NCBI GenBank assembly: GCA_965206845.1
Contig: OZ242221.1
Coordinates: 1,280,001 to 1,344,000 of the forward strand
Direction: 5' to 3'
DNA: 64,000 bases
Source of the DNA: Cenarchaeum sp.
Lineage (GTDB): Archaea > Thermoproteota > Nitrososphaeria > Nitrososphaerales > Nitrosopumilaceae
Translations under genes and position numbers: made by a program
Shown here: positions 39,760-48,404 of the stretch, one piece after another
Layout of the letters: each line of letters starts with the position of its first letter
Numbering within the stretch: the first letter of the stretch is position 1
Notes under the pieces: model-generated
What the model was told of the DNA's origin: nothing
Databases searched by the model: none
Seen by the model: only the letters and a program-made list of their open reading frames with translations

Positions 39760-40326
39760 CTAGGCTTGCTCGTCTGCCATTAGGTATTTTTCGTCAAGCA
39801 TGGCGTGCAGGTTGTGCACCGATCTGTACACGTCGGCCTCTTTTTTGGCCCCGGTGCAGACCATCTTGCCTGTTGCAAAGAGAAGAAAGACCGTCTTGGG
39901 TTCAAGCACCCTGTGGATCAGCCCGGGAAACTGCTCCGGCTCGTACATGCTCCTGGGCAGGATCCTGGCGGCGCGCTCAAGGTGTATTCTCCTGAACAGG
40001 TTGATCGCCGCGACTATGTTCTGCACGTCCACCACTGCATCCGACTTGATGCTGATCCCGCTCCGTCGGAGCTTCTGCACCACCATTCTGACCGCCTGCA
40101 CCGCCATCTCCTCTGACTTGGCACCCGTGCAGACCATCTTGCCTGTCCGGAAGATCAGGGTGGCGGTGCGCGGCTCTGTCAGCCGGAAGACCAGTCCGGG
40201 AAACTGCTCCGGGTTGTACTCCGTCTCGGGAAACTTCTCCGTGATGTCGATTAGGTTGATGCTCTGATTTACGGACGCAGATGCCACCACGTTCTCGATC
40301 TTGATCTTGGGCTTTGGCAGGTTCAT
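39760..40326 (-). CDS. tbp: TATA-box-binding protein
   Basis: IENVVAS, Y.PEQFPGL twice, GKMVCTGAK twice. Confidence 0.95.
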   Translation of the reverse strand: MNLPKPKIKIENVVASASVNQSINLIDITEKFPETEYNPEQFPGLVFRLTEPRTATLIFRTGKMVCTGAKSEEMAVQAVRMVVQKLRRSGISIKSDAVVDVQNIVAAINLFRRIHLERAARILPRSMYEPEQFPGLIHRVLEPKTVFLLFATGKMVCTGAKKEADVYRSVHNLHAMLDEKYLMADEQA

Positions 40327-40421
40327 TATGTCGCTTATAAATACCGGTATATATACAAGGCTTTAAAAGTGCGGATGGGATCGACTGCCAGTCACGTGCG
40401 GCCGGTGATCCCCAAATGCGC

Positions 40422-40874
40422 TTAGTGGCGGCCTATCCACCTGTACCTGTGCTCTTCGTCAATGATATCTGCCTCAAGATCACTCCTGCCGATCCGTGGC
40501 ACCGGCAGATCTACTTCAAAGAATCCCAAGCTCCCCTTGCACGGAACGGGAATTCGGAGCCGTCGGGCGTTCCTCAGGATAAAGCCGTACCTGTACTTGC
40601 CGGGGGCGCTTGCCATGTGCCTGTCCGAGTCGGCCATCATCTCCTGCTCAGTCTCGTACCTCCGGACATCGTACACCTCTGCTCTTCCCACGATCACCCC
40701 GACAGGCAAGTCGGTGCCAATTTCAAGCCTCCGACAGTCTGTGTCTCTTACCTTTATCGGGGCGTGAACTAGGAACTCACCGCGGAACTTTGTGTTCCAA
40801 GGTCGCAGCTCGACGGTCTTCCTGCCTGAGACTATCAGCTCAGCAAATGGCTGGCACACGCTGAGGCACTTCAT
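40422..40874 (-). CDS. ASCH domain protein
   Basis: LSVCQPFAELIVSGRKTVELR, PCKGSLGFF. Confidence 0.88.
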   Translation of the reverse strand: MKCLSVCQPFAELIVSGRKTVELRPWNTKFRGEFLVHAPIKVRDTDCRRLEIGTDLPVGVIVGRAEVYDVRRYETEQEMMADSDRHMASAPGKYRYGFILRNARRLRIPVPCKGSLGFFEVDLPVPRIGRSDLEADIIDEEHRYRWIGRH

Positions 40875-42271
40875 TATGCTCTGACGCTGCAGCGGTTGGG
40901 CCCCATCTCGAGGTCGGGAATCTGCCCCGACGACACCGGAATGGAGCCGCGGTTTATCCTGATTATCATCGAGTAGTTTGCCGGTCTTGGCTCTGCGGTG
41001 CCGGCAACCCTTTTGACAAAGTCTGCCCTCTCTAGGCCCATCAGGGTCATCCTGCTTGCCATCTCTGGCGTTGTGTGGTACGTGTCGTCATCTGCCAGCT
41101 CTGTTCCTGCACCCCTGTGGGCAGGGAAGATTTTTGTGTCCGGGGGCAGCTTGAGCATCTCTGTGTGCAGTGTGTTGTAGAGTCTTTCGGCAAACTCGTC
41201 TGCCCGGTCTCTCAGGTCCGGGCGGCCTACCCCGTCTGCAGACAGGATGTCGCCGCAGAATGCATAGCTGCCTGCAAGGTACGTCATGCTTCCTGCGGTG
41301 TGTCCGGGTGTGTGTACCGTCAAAAGCCGCTCCTCTCCAAATGGTATGGAACCACCCCCGGAGATCCGGACGGCGTCAATCCTGTAGTCCTCGTCTGCGC
41401 TGAGGTACAGCCGGGATCCCGTCATCTGTGCCAACTGTGCTGCGGCAGACACGTGATCCGCATGCTGGTGTGTGTCGGCAACGGCGACGATCGCAAGTCC
41501 CTCCTCTGCTGCAATCTCTGTGTATCTGGAGGCAGGATGCGCCGGATCGATCACCACCGCCTTGCCGCCGGATCCCAAGATGTATGAGAGGCATCCCTTT
41601 CCGACCTTCTCCACCTGTATGAGCGTGAGGCCTGCGTCCCTTATGGTTGCCGTGGGACTGAGAACCTGGTTCCATCTGGCCATCCCGCCCTCAAGGGACG
41701 ACGCCTCAATTCCCATCTGGGCCAGGGCAAAGGTGGCAACCATGGATCGGTTTCCGTGGGAGCATATGGTGATCACCTTTCTGCCTTCGGGAACCGACTG
41801 CCGACTGCCTGGCGCAAACAGCTGCGACAGCGGAACGTTTACAGCTCCGGGAATTCTGAAATCGGCAAACTCGTGAGGCTCTCGGACGTCAAGCAGGAAC
41901 AGATCCTCCTTTTCGCTGATCGACCTCCAGAGATCCTCACCTGAGAGCACAGACCTCTGGCCGCTCTTCACGGTGCTGCCAGTCCATCCGGCCATTCCGC
42001 CCTCAAGAAAGTGCGCGTCAAATCCGAACCTTGCCATCAGTCCCGCGCTCTGCTGCGCCTCGGATCCGTCATGGTCAATCAGCACCACCTTGAATGTCCG
42101 CGGGGTCTTTGCTATGACCACCTGCTTTTGCTGCATGGTGCCAAATCCCGCATTGGCGGCGCCTGCGATGTGGCCCCGCACAAACTCGCCCTCGTTCCTA
42201 GTGTCCAGAATCAGCAGTGGGATCTTGTCCTGGATCATGCCTGCCAGCTCCTCTGGTGTGATGCCCGTCAT
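40874..42271 (-). CDS. Two rhodanese domains fused to an MBL-fold (persulfide dioxygenase-like) hydrolase
   Basis: GHIAGA, CSHGNRS, DTHQHADH, HTPGHT, GRPDL. Confidence 0.88.
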   Translation of the reverse strand: MTGITPEELAGMIQDKIPLLILDTRNEGEFVRGHIAGAANAGFGTMQQKQVVIAKTPRTFKVVLIDHDGSEAQQSAGLMARFGFDAHFLEGGMAGWTGSTVKSGQRSVLSGEDLWRSISEKEDLFLLDVREPHEFADFRIPGAVNVPLSQLFAPGSRQSVPEGRKVITICSHGNRSMVATFALAQMGIEASSLEGGMARWNQVLSPTATIRDAGLTLIQVEKVGKGCLSYILGSGGKAVVIDPAHPASRYTEIAAEEGLAIVAVADTHQHADHVSAAAQLAQMTGSRLYLSADEDYRIDAVRISGGGSIPFGEERLLTVHTPGHTAGSMTYLAGSYAFCGDILSADGVGRPDLRDRADEFAERLYNTLHTEMLKLPPDTKIFPAHRGAGTELADDDTYHTTPEMASRMTLMGLERADFVKRVAGTAEPRPANYSMIIRINRGSIPVSSGQIPDLEMGPNRCSVRA

Positions 42272-42476
42272 GACACACCTGCGGCGCCCCCTGATTTAGG
42301 ATTTTCTAACTGTATGCGTGCGGTGCCGTCTGCCGTGTCGGACAGTGAGTGGATACCTGCCTGGATGCGCAGGCCCGCGCCCAGATGGGGACTGGCTTGG
42401 CTTCGTTCCCATGTGGGATTTGATCCGCATCCCGCAGGTCCGCTGCGTCGAGCGGATTCGTGTCCTAGGACACCTG

Positions 42477-44033
42477 CTAGTCGCCCCCCAGCACGCCGAT
42501 GACCTTGTTTGGGATGTCCTCGAGCCTGCTGACTGCCAGCGTTCTCTCGTAGCCCAGCCGCTTTAGGTTGTTGGCTATGGCAGTGGATCTTACGATGTCA
42601 GGACCCAGGCCGATGGCCACCATCCTTACGTCCAGAGAACGGATGGTTCTGATCATGGAGTGCACCGCACCGGGGTCTGCCGGCTCACCGTCGGTGAGCG
42701 TCAGAAAAACACGCGGCCGCTTTGACTGCAGCGTCTCGTACATCTTGTCGTAGACCTCGGCCAGGGGGGTGGAGCCGTTGGCGGCAATCTGGGTCAGCCG
42801 CTTTGCGCATATGTTATTCCACCTCTGGGTGTCGGGCTTTACCATCCAACACACCACCGCCCGATCCACGGTGCTAAACGCGTACACGGAGAACTTTACC
42901 TTCAGGTACGCCAGCACCTCGCACAGGGCCAGGGTGGCCTTCTTGTACCGGAGCTGCTCGGGCGATATGCTTGAGGAGTGGTCCAGCATGATCATGATCT
43001 CGGTCCTGATGGACTTTTTGACGTCGGTGAAGAACGGCCGGTGCCCCTCGATGTACGACTCGTCGTCAAACTCGTCTCCGGCGTCGAGGTGTTCCTCCTT
43101 CCACCCAAACCGCCAGTTCCGAAACTTTATCCTGAGGCGGCTGATCAGATCCATATCGTATATCGCGGTCTCGTCCACGCCTGTCTCCGGAGGTACCCGG
43201 ACGCCTATGGACTCGTCCCCCAGCCCGCGGTTCTCACTCCTCCTGCTCTCATCCACCAGCGACTTGTATTCGTCCATGACGTTTCCGCCCCTAATTACGG
43301 CGGCGGGATCCACCTTCCCAAAGTCGCCGTCCCTGTTGCGGGCCACCCTGGCCATGGCCTTTAGCAGCTCCTCCTGGGAGAGGGCCATGCCCGGCCTCAT
43401 CCACGGCAGGGCGACAGGAATCGTAATCAGCGAGTCTATGTCCAGAATCCTGATGATCTTCGGAACCTTCTTCTCGAGCCATGCGGTGTTGTGGCTCTTT
43501 TGTGCCGCCTCCCGGAGAGACTCCCTGGCAAAGGCCACGGCCCTTTTGACCCTCTCAAAGAGGGAGGCTGGAATCTCTCCCTTGATGTCTCCAAAGAGCA
43601 GGTGCTGGTAGAACGCCTCGACTATCCTGGCCCTTCCGTACACGCTGCTCAGCAGTGGTCTGTAATTCCACTGAAAGGAGTAGTGCAGTATCATCTCCGA
43701 GTCCATGCCCCGCCAGATCCTCCTTCCCAGCAGCTCCACCCTTCTAGTCTCCAGCGCGTTGAGGATAAAACCGTAGGCGTGATCGCTGCTAAGAATCTTC
43801 GGGCACAGCCTCAGTCGCATGGACTCGTACCACAGCGATGCCCGGAACTGCCTGTACCTCTGGAAGCTGTCCCCTGCCAGCTTCTCTGCGGGAACAAGGA
43901 CGATCCTCCGATCCCTTATCCTGGTTCTGTTCTCGCCGTTACCGGCAAACTCCAGAGTTACGTCGTCCATGCCGGACCAGCGCCTTGCAAGGAAGGTTCC
44001 TATCTCGATCAGCACGTCGCTGTTGAACTGCAT
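42477..44033 (-). CDS. VWA-domain protein (partner of MoxR-type ATPase)
   Basis: MIDAS motif DHSSS, GSTP, LTDGEP. Confidence 0.85.
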   Translation of the reverse strand: MQFNSDVLIEIGTFLARRWSGMDDVTLEFAGNGENRTRIRDRRIVLVPAEKLAGDSFQRYRQFRASLWYESMRLRLCPKILSSDHAYGFILNALETRRVELLGRRIWRGMDSEMILHYSFQWNYRPLLSSVYGRARIVEAFYQHLLFGDIKGEIPASLFERVKRAVAFARESLREAAQKSHNTAWLEKKVPKIIRILDIDSLITIPVALPWMRPGMALSQEELLKAMARVARNRDGDFGKVDPAAVIRGGNVMDEYKSLVDESRRSENRGLGDESIGVRVPPETGVDETAIYDMDLISRLRIKFRNWRFGWKEEHLDAGDEFDDESYIEGHRPFFTDVKKSIRTEIMIMLDHSSSISPEQLRYKKATLALCEVLAYLKVKFSVYAFSTVDRAVVCWMVKPDTQRWNNICAKRLTQIAANGSTPLAEVYDKMYETLQSKRPRVFLTLTDGEPADPGAVHSMIRTIRSLDVRMVAIGLGPDIVRSTAIANNLKRLGYERTLAVSRLEDIPNKVIGVLGGD

Positions 44034-44831
44034 CTACGCACCAAACATCGATGTGATGATGTCGCCTACCTTCTGGTACTCCACGCTTCCCCACTGCGAG
44101 TATACGTTTCCAAATACGATGCCTGCCGCCTCCAGGGGGCCCATCCCCGAGTCCAGCATCCTTCCGTAGGCGATGGTCTCGCGTATGCTGGGGGAGTAGT
44201 CCAGCTCCTCCACTGCCGCTGCCTGCCGTAGCACATTTGCCAGCTTGACTCCGTGTCTCAGCTGCCCGCCGTGATCCCCCGAGACATACTTTGCGATGAT
44301 CTGCATCTCGACATCCTCAGGTGGGTACTCTAGCCTGATCCTGATGGGAAACCTGCTTAGCAGCTGTGGCGGAAGCTCCTTGGTGCCGACATGTGTCAGC
44401 GGATTGATGGTGGCCACCACGAACCAGTCTTGTGCCGCCCTGATCGTATCTCCTGCAGACTCCTTGAGCACGATCTGCCTCCGGTCGTCCAGCGCCTCGT
44501 CCAGCCTCAGCAGCACATCGGCCTCGGCCGCGTTAAGCTCGTCTAGGTACAGCATGCCCCCGCTCCTCATGGATCTTATCAGGATGCCCTCATCAAAGCT
44601 CACAGTGCCATCGTTCAGGGTCTTGGTGCCCACCAGGTGGCTCTCCCTGGTTCTGAGGCTAAAGTTTACCGACTCGAGGTTCCGGGATTTGCCTGCCGCA
44701 AACTCCCTTACCAGCGATGTCTTGCCAGTTCCCTTGGGGCCTATGATCAGGACAAAGATGCTAGCCTCGTAGGCCCGGTTGAGTATATCTATGGAGTTGT
44801 TCCAGTCCAGGTACGAGGTTCCCTGCAGCAA
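44034..44831 (-). CDS. MoxR/CbbQ/NorQ-type AAA+ ATPase
   Basis: GPKGTGKT, LYLDELN, ATINP, LLSRF. Confidence 0.9.
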   Translation of the reverse strand: MLQGTSYLDWNNSIDILNRAYEASIFVLIIGPKGTGKTSLVREFAAGKSRNLESVNFSLRTRESHLVGTKTLNDGTVSFDEGILIRSMRSGGMLYLDELNAAEADVLLRLDEALDDRRQIVLKESAGDTIRAAQDWFVVATINPLTHVGTKELPPQLLSRFPIRIRLEYPPEDVEMQIIAKYVSGDHGGQLRHGVKLANVLRQAAAVEELDYSPSIRETIAYGRMLDSGMGPLEAAGIVFGNVYSQWGSVEYQKVGDIITSMFGA

Positions 44832-44864
44832 TATGTCTCATGATTGCGTGTTTGCAAATAAATC

Positions 44865-46319
44865 TTAGTTTTGGTATTGGGCCAGCTTTGTGTTTGACTC
44901 GTCTAGGATCTTGTGTAGTGTGTCCCTCCAGACCTCAAATCCCTGGGGGGAGTCGGGGTAGTTGTAGTAGTGCTCAGTCAGCCTCCTGTTCTGGCTAGTG
45001 GTGAACCGAAGGCCGCCGGCAAGTCGCTTGTTTAGCGCTCCGCGGATTATCATTCCCAGCCTTCCCAGTGAGCTGAAGTCGGGGTGCTCGCCCTTTGAGA
45101 TCGCCTCCACGCTCAGGTTTCCAAGAAAGTGCTTCATGCCGTAGCTTAACTGCTCGTTGGAGAGCGTCTGTATGAGCCTGCGGAATATCTCAAGGCCTGC
45201 CGTCTTGTAACCGTACTCGTTGATGAACCGCTTGTTGTACCTCCACAGGCCGCTCTCTGTCACGTTGTTCTCCTGTATGGCCTCCACGACGCACTCGCCC
45301 ACTATGGTTCCCGCCACCAGCGCAGGGCCGATTCCCCCGGCGTCCAGCGGCTTTGGCATCCATGCCGAGTCACCCACCAGGATAAACCCGCCTGCGACCA
45401 TACAATCATTCTGCCTCCGGACCGAGACCTGAAAGTTTCCCACTGCGTTGTTGCTGTCCTCCGGATCCTCAGACACCCTGGGCCTCTTTATCGCGCGGTT
45501 CCTGTTTATGTACTCCTCGATGAGCGTGGATACGTTGTCCTTCCTTCCCAGCCTGGCGTTTCGCCTCTCTAGGAGCGTCTTCTCGACGCCGAGGCCGATG
45601 TTTACCTTGTCCTTTCCCTTGGGAAAGACCCAGCCATACCCTCCTGGGGCTATGTCCTGATCCAGGTGGATTATGCAGTAGTCGGGATCAAACTCGGAGA
45701 GATCGGCTTCCCCCTGCTCAAAGTACATGATCTTTCTGCCGGTGGACTCGACATCTTGGCGGTCCACCTTCCTCTCCATTCTGGTGGTGTTGGATATCTG
45801 GTTTCGCAGCATCGAGGTTACGCCGGTGGCGTCGATCACCACCTTTGCGGTTCTCTTGTATGGCTGTTTCTTGCTGTCTATGCCCCGGACTCCCACCACC
45901 TGGGAGTCGTCGTACAGCAGTCCGGTCAGGTTCACCTCATAATCAAAGTCGACTCCCATATTCAGCGTTCTCTCGTTCTGCTTCTCGGGAAGAAGCTGCC
46001 TGTTGAGCATGTATCCGTCGCCGTCAAATGGGATCGATGTCTTCCTGTCCGGAGAGAATGCCATGACGCCCTTGACCTTGTGCTCGATCTCCGGCTCGCT
46101 CCAGGACACGCCGATCCTGTCACTCATGTAGTCCACGGCCTCCTTGCTTACCGCGTCGCCGCAGATCCACCCGCTGATGCTCTTCCTTCCAGGCACGATG
46201 GCTGAGTTCCTGTCGATCACAAGAATCTTCAGTCCCTGCTTGGAGTATCTTGATACCGACTGGGCCGCCACGGTTCCGGCCAGCCCACCCCCTGCCACGA
46301 TGACGTCATAATCTGACAA
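44865..46319 (-). CDS. Geranylgeranyl reductase-like FAD oxidoreductase
   Basis: YDVIVAGGGLAG, ICGDAV, PGGYGWVFPKG, VGDSA...GGGI-like segment. Confidence 0.85.
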   Translation of the reverse strand: MSDYDVIVAGGGLAGTVAAQSVSRYSKQGLKILVIDRNSAIVPGRKSISGWICGDAVSKEAVDYMSDRIGVSWSEPEIEHKVKGVMAFSPDRKTSIPFDGDGYMLNRQLLPEKQNERTLNMGVDFDYEVNLTGLLYDDSQVVGVRGIDSKKQPYKRTAKVVIDATGVTSMLRNQISNTTRMERKVDRQDVESTGRKIMYFEQGEADLSEFDPDYCIIHLDQDIAPGGYGWVFPKGKDKVNIGLGVEKTLLERRNARLGRKDNVSTLIEEYINRNRAIKRPRVSEDPEDSNNAVGNFQVSVRRQNDCMVAGGFILVGDSAWMPKPLDAGGIGPALVAGTIVGECVVEAIQENNVTESGLWRYNKRFINEYGYKTAGLEIFRRLIQTLSNEQLSYGMKHFLGNLSVEAISKGEHPDFSSLGRLGMIIRGALNKRLAGGLRFTTSQNRRLTEHYYNYPDSPQGFEVWRDTLHKILDESNTKLAQYQN

Positions 46320-46954
46320 CAAGATACTCCGCAGCTCATAGATATTTAAAATAATGCAGTCGCGAACTTTGTTTCCCAATTTCGATAAACGCATCTGAGT
46401 TGCCACAAAGAGCACGATTCTCGTGTGACTTGACGCTGTTTACGGACTAAATTAATCGTAAAAGTGCGAAATGTTTGGATTGGGAAACAAAGTTCAGTCG
46501 CGGCGTGAGTGGGATCGCCGGGCCGGACGTGGGGACTTGTCCGGGCGTATGGGCCCGTGCCGGATTGAAGACGGATACGGCCCCGTGTATTTCTAGCGAG
46601 CTGGTTCCGGCGCTGCTGTTGTCTGCGGGCCGATCCGCGCCAGCGGCTCGTATTTTAAACTGGGTCGGATCGTCGCGGGGTCTTCAACGCTTGCGCTCAG
46701 ACTGGAACGGCTGTTATTTCCTCATTCCCGGTTATGCTTGGGGGTTCGTTCTATTTATTGCTGTGTTTGCGGCTGCGTCCTACAGGCATAACCACCTATG
46801 TTAAAACATCCGGTCATAGTCAAGCGTTGATTCCGTCTGACTTCTGATCCACGCCTAGGTTACGCGCGTACAACTTTAAAGCTATCGCTAGGAATTGGAT
46901 TGCAGAAAATGTACTGGTGCGGGCCAGCCTAGCTGGCCAGTCCGCCCCGTGCAC

Positions 46955-48034
46955 CTACTGCAGAATCTTCTTCATCCGTTTCAGCTTTCTGGCATATCTG
47001 CTTGCGTCATGGGGCTCGTATGGTTCCTTGGCAGTCAGCATCTTCCAGATGATCCTCACCATCTTGTTTGCCACGTGTGTTATGGCAATCGGGTGGTTGC
47101 CACCGTGCCTTGTCTTGGCATTTTGATAGAACCACTTTAGTCTGTCATCATGGCGCACCGCCACGTTGGCTGCTTGGATCATTATCCAGTTTACCCTTCG
47201 GTTTGACGCCTTTTTCATGCGGCCGTGGTGCGTCACGTTGCCGGACTGGCAGACTCGCGGACACATCCCGGTCCATGAGACCAGTCTGTCTGCGGTCTTG
47301 AACCTGGTGATGTCGCCAACCTCAGATACCAGCAGCATCGCGGCAAACGCCTCTATGCCAGTCATGCTCATCAGCAGTTTCGCATCCTCGTTGACTGCGG
47401 CCTGCCTGTCTATCTCTGCCTCGATGCCAGATATCTCCTCTGTGGCATGTGCAATCCTTTTGACGCAGTTTTGCAGGATCATGTTGTCATTTGGTTTCTT
47501 AAGGCGTATCTGCGAAAGCAGCCTGATGGCCTTTTTGCTGTGCATCCTTGAGACATCTGGCATCACGTCGTACTTGTCAAGCAAGCCGTGCGTGTAGTTG
47601 ATCAGGGCAGTCCTTGCCTGAACCATGCTTATCCTGTACCTGAGCAGTTCCCTGACATCGCGCAAATCCGATGGTGCCACGTAGCATTCTGGGATAATCC
47701 CCACGCGCAGCGCGTTTGCAATCTTTTGCGCGTCGATGGGATCCGTCTTGACATCGGTGTCCGATATTATCTTCATCTTGTACGTGTTGGCAAGCTTTAC
47801 CGGTATCCCGCACCCCTCGAAGGCCTCAAACGTCTTGAGCCACATGTTTCCAGTCGACTCGCACGCGGCCCTGCACCGTCCCTTCCCGCTGTATTCTTTT
47901 TTCATCCTGCGTGCAAACTCTTTTGCGTCTTCCAGCGTGTTCACGTATGATGTCCTCTCCAGCACGTTTCCCTTGCCGTCCACTACGCATACCATGCATT
48001 TTCCCTTACCAATGTCTATTCCTATGTTTCTCAT
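46955..48034 (-). CDS. IS110-family DEDD recombinase/transposase, apparently intact
   Basis: GIDIGK, CESTG, KTDPIDA (DEDD), C-terminal P...QSG serine; SD GGAGGTGA upstream of ATG 48034. Confidence 0.95.
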   Translation of the reverse strand: MRNIGIDIGKGKCMVCVVDGKGNVLERTSYVNTLEDAKEFARRMKKEYSGKGRCRAACESTGNMWLKTFEAFEGCGIPVKLANTYKMKIISDTDVKTDPIDAQKIANALRVGIIPECYVAPSDLRDVRELLRYRISMVQARTALINYTHGLLDKYDVMPDVSRMHSKKAIRLLSQIRLKKPNDNMILQNCVKRIAHATEEISGIEAEIDRQAAVNEDAKLLMSMTGIEAFAAMLLVSEVGDITRFKTADRLVSWTGMCPRVCQSGNVTHHGRMKKASNRRVNWIMIQAANVAVRHDDRLKWFYQNAKTRHGGNHPIAITHVANKMVRIIWKMLTAKEPYEPHDASRYARKLKRMKKILQ

Positions 48035-48067
48035 CCTTTCTCTCACCTCCTTGCGGATTGTTTTTGA

Positions 48068-48181
48068 TGGATCGGAAGCTGCAATCACCTATCAGTGCGC
48101 GAAGCACAGGAACACAGCAGCTCGGATTGCCCCATTCAAATGAAAGTGCGCGGAGCACATGGTTATCAAGGGGTCGATCCA
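48068..48181 (-). ncRNA. Putative bridge RNA (target-binding and donor-binding loops)
   Basis: Outer stem GGATCG/CGATCC; two stem-internal loop-hairpin modules capped by GTGC-T(C/T)CGC-GCAC; loop strands match the junction sequences. Confidence 0.8.
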
Positions 48182-48404
48182 CTGCCACGACTACGACGAG
48201 GATGTTTTTCCAAATGAATCAAATCTACAGAACCGATTCCAGTTCATATGTGCTTGTAGGACACAGTTTGTGTTTGCAGGGCGCGCATGCGGCAGGCTTC
48301 TGCTCCATTCGGGCGCAGGTCTGCGCACCCGGTCACGCCTTCGCGCTTGGCGCTACGGCAGACGATTCCTGCGTTGCTTACGTGCCCGGACTGAAGGTTC
48401 GGGC

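Larger units (their letters stand above)
46792..48212 (-). mobile_element. Complete IS110-family element; core CCA duplicated at both junctions
   Basis: CCA at 46792-46794 and 48210-48212; 9-bp sub-terminal IR AAAACATCC (46803) / GGATGTTTT (48200); junctions match the bridge-RNA guides. Confidence 0.85.
46771..48268. mobile_element. 80-bp MITE (~20-bp TIRs, 9-bp TSD) interrupted by the IS110
   Basis: TGTGTTTGC at 46762-46770 and 48269-48277; TIRs GGCTGCGTCCTACAGGCATA and (rc) AACTGTGTCCTACAAGCACA. Confidence 0.7.

Noticed and set aside
42477-44831. NorQ/NorD implying a nitric oxide reductase
   Set aside because: Generic MoxR-VWA chaperone pair; no norB/norC nearby.
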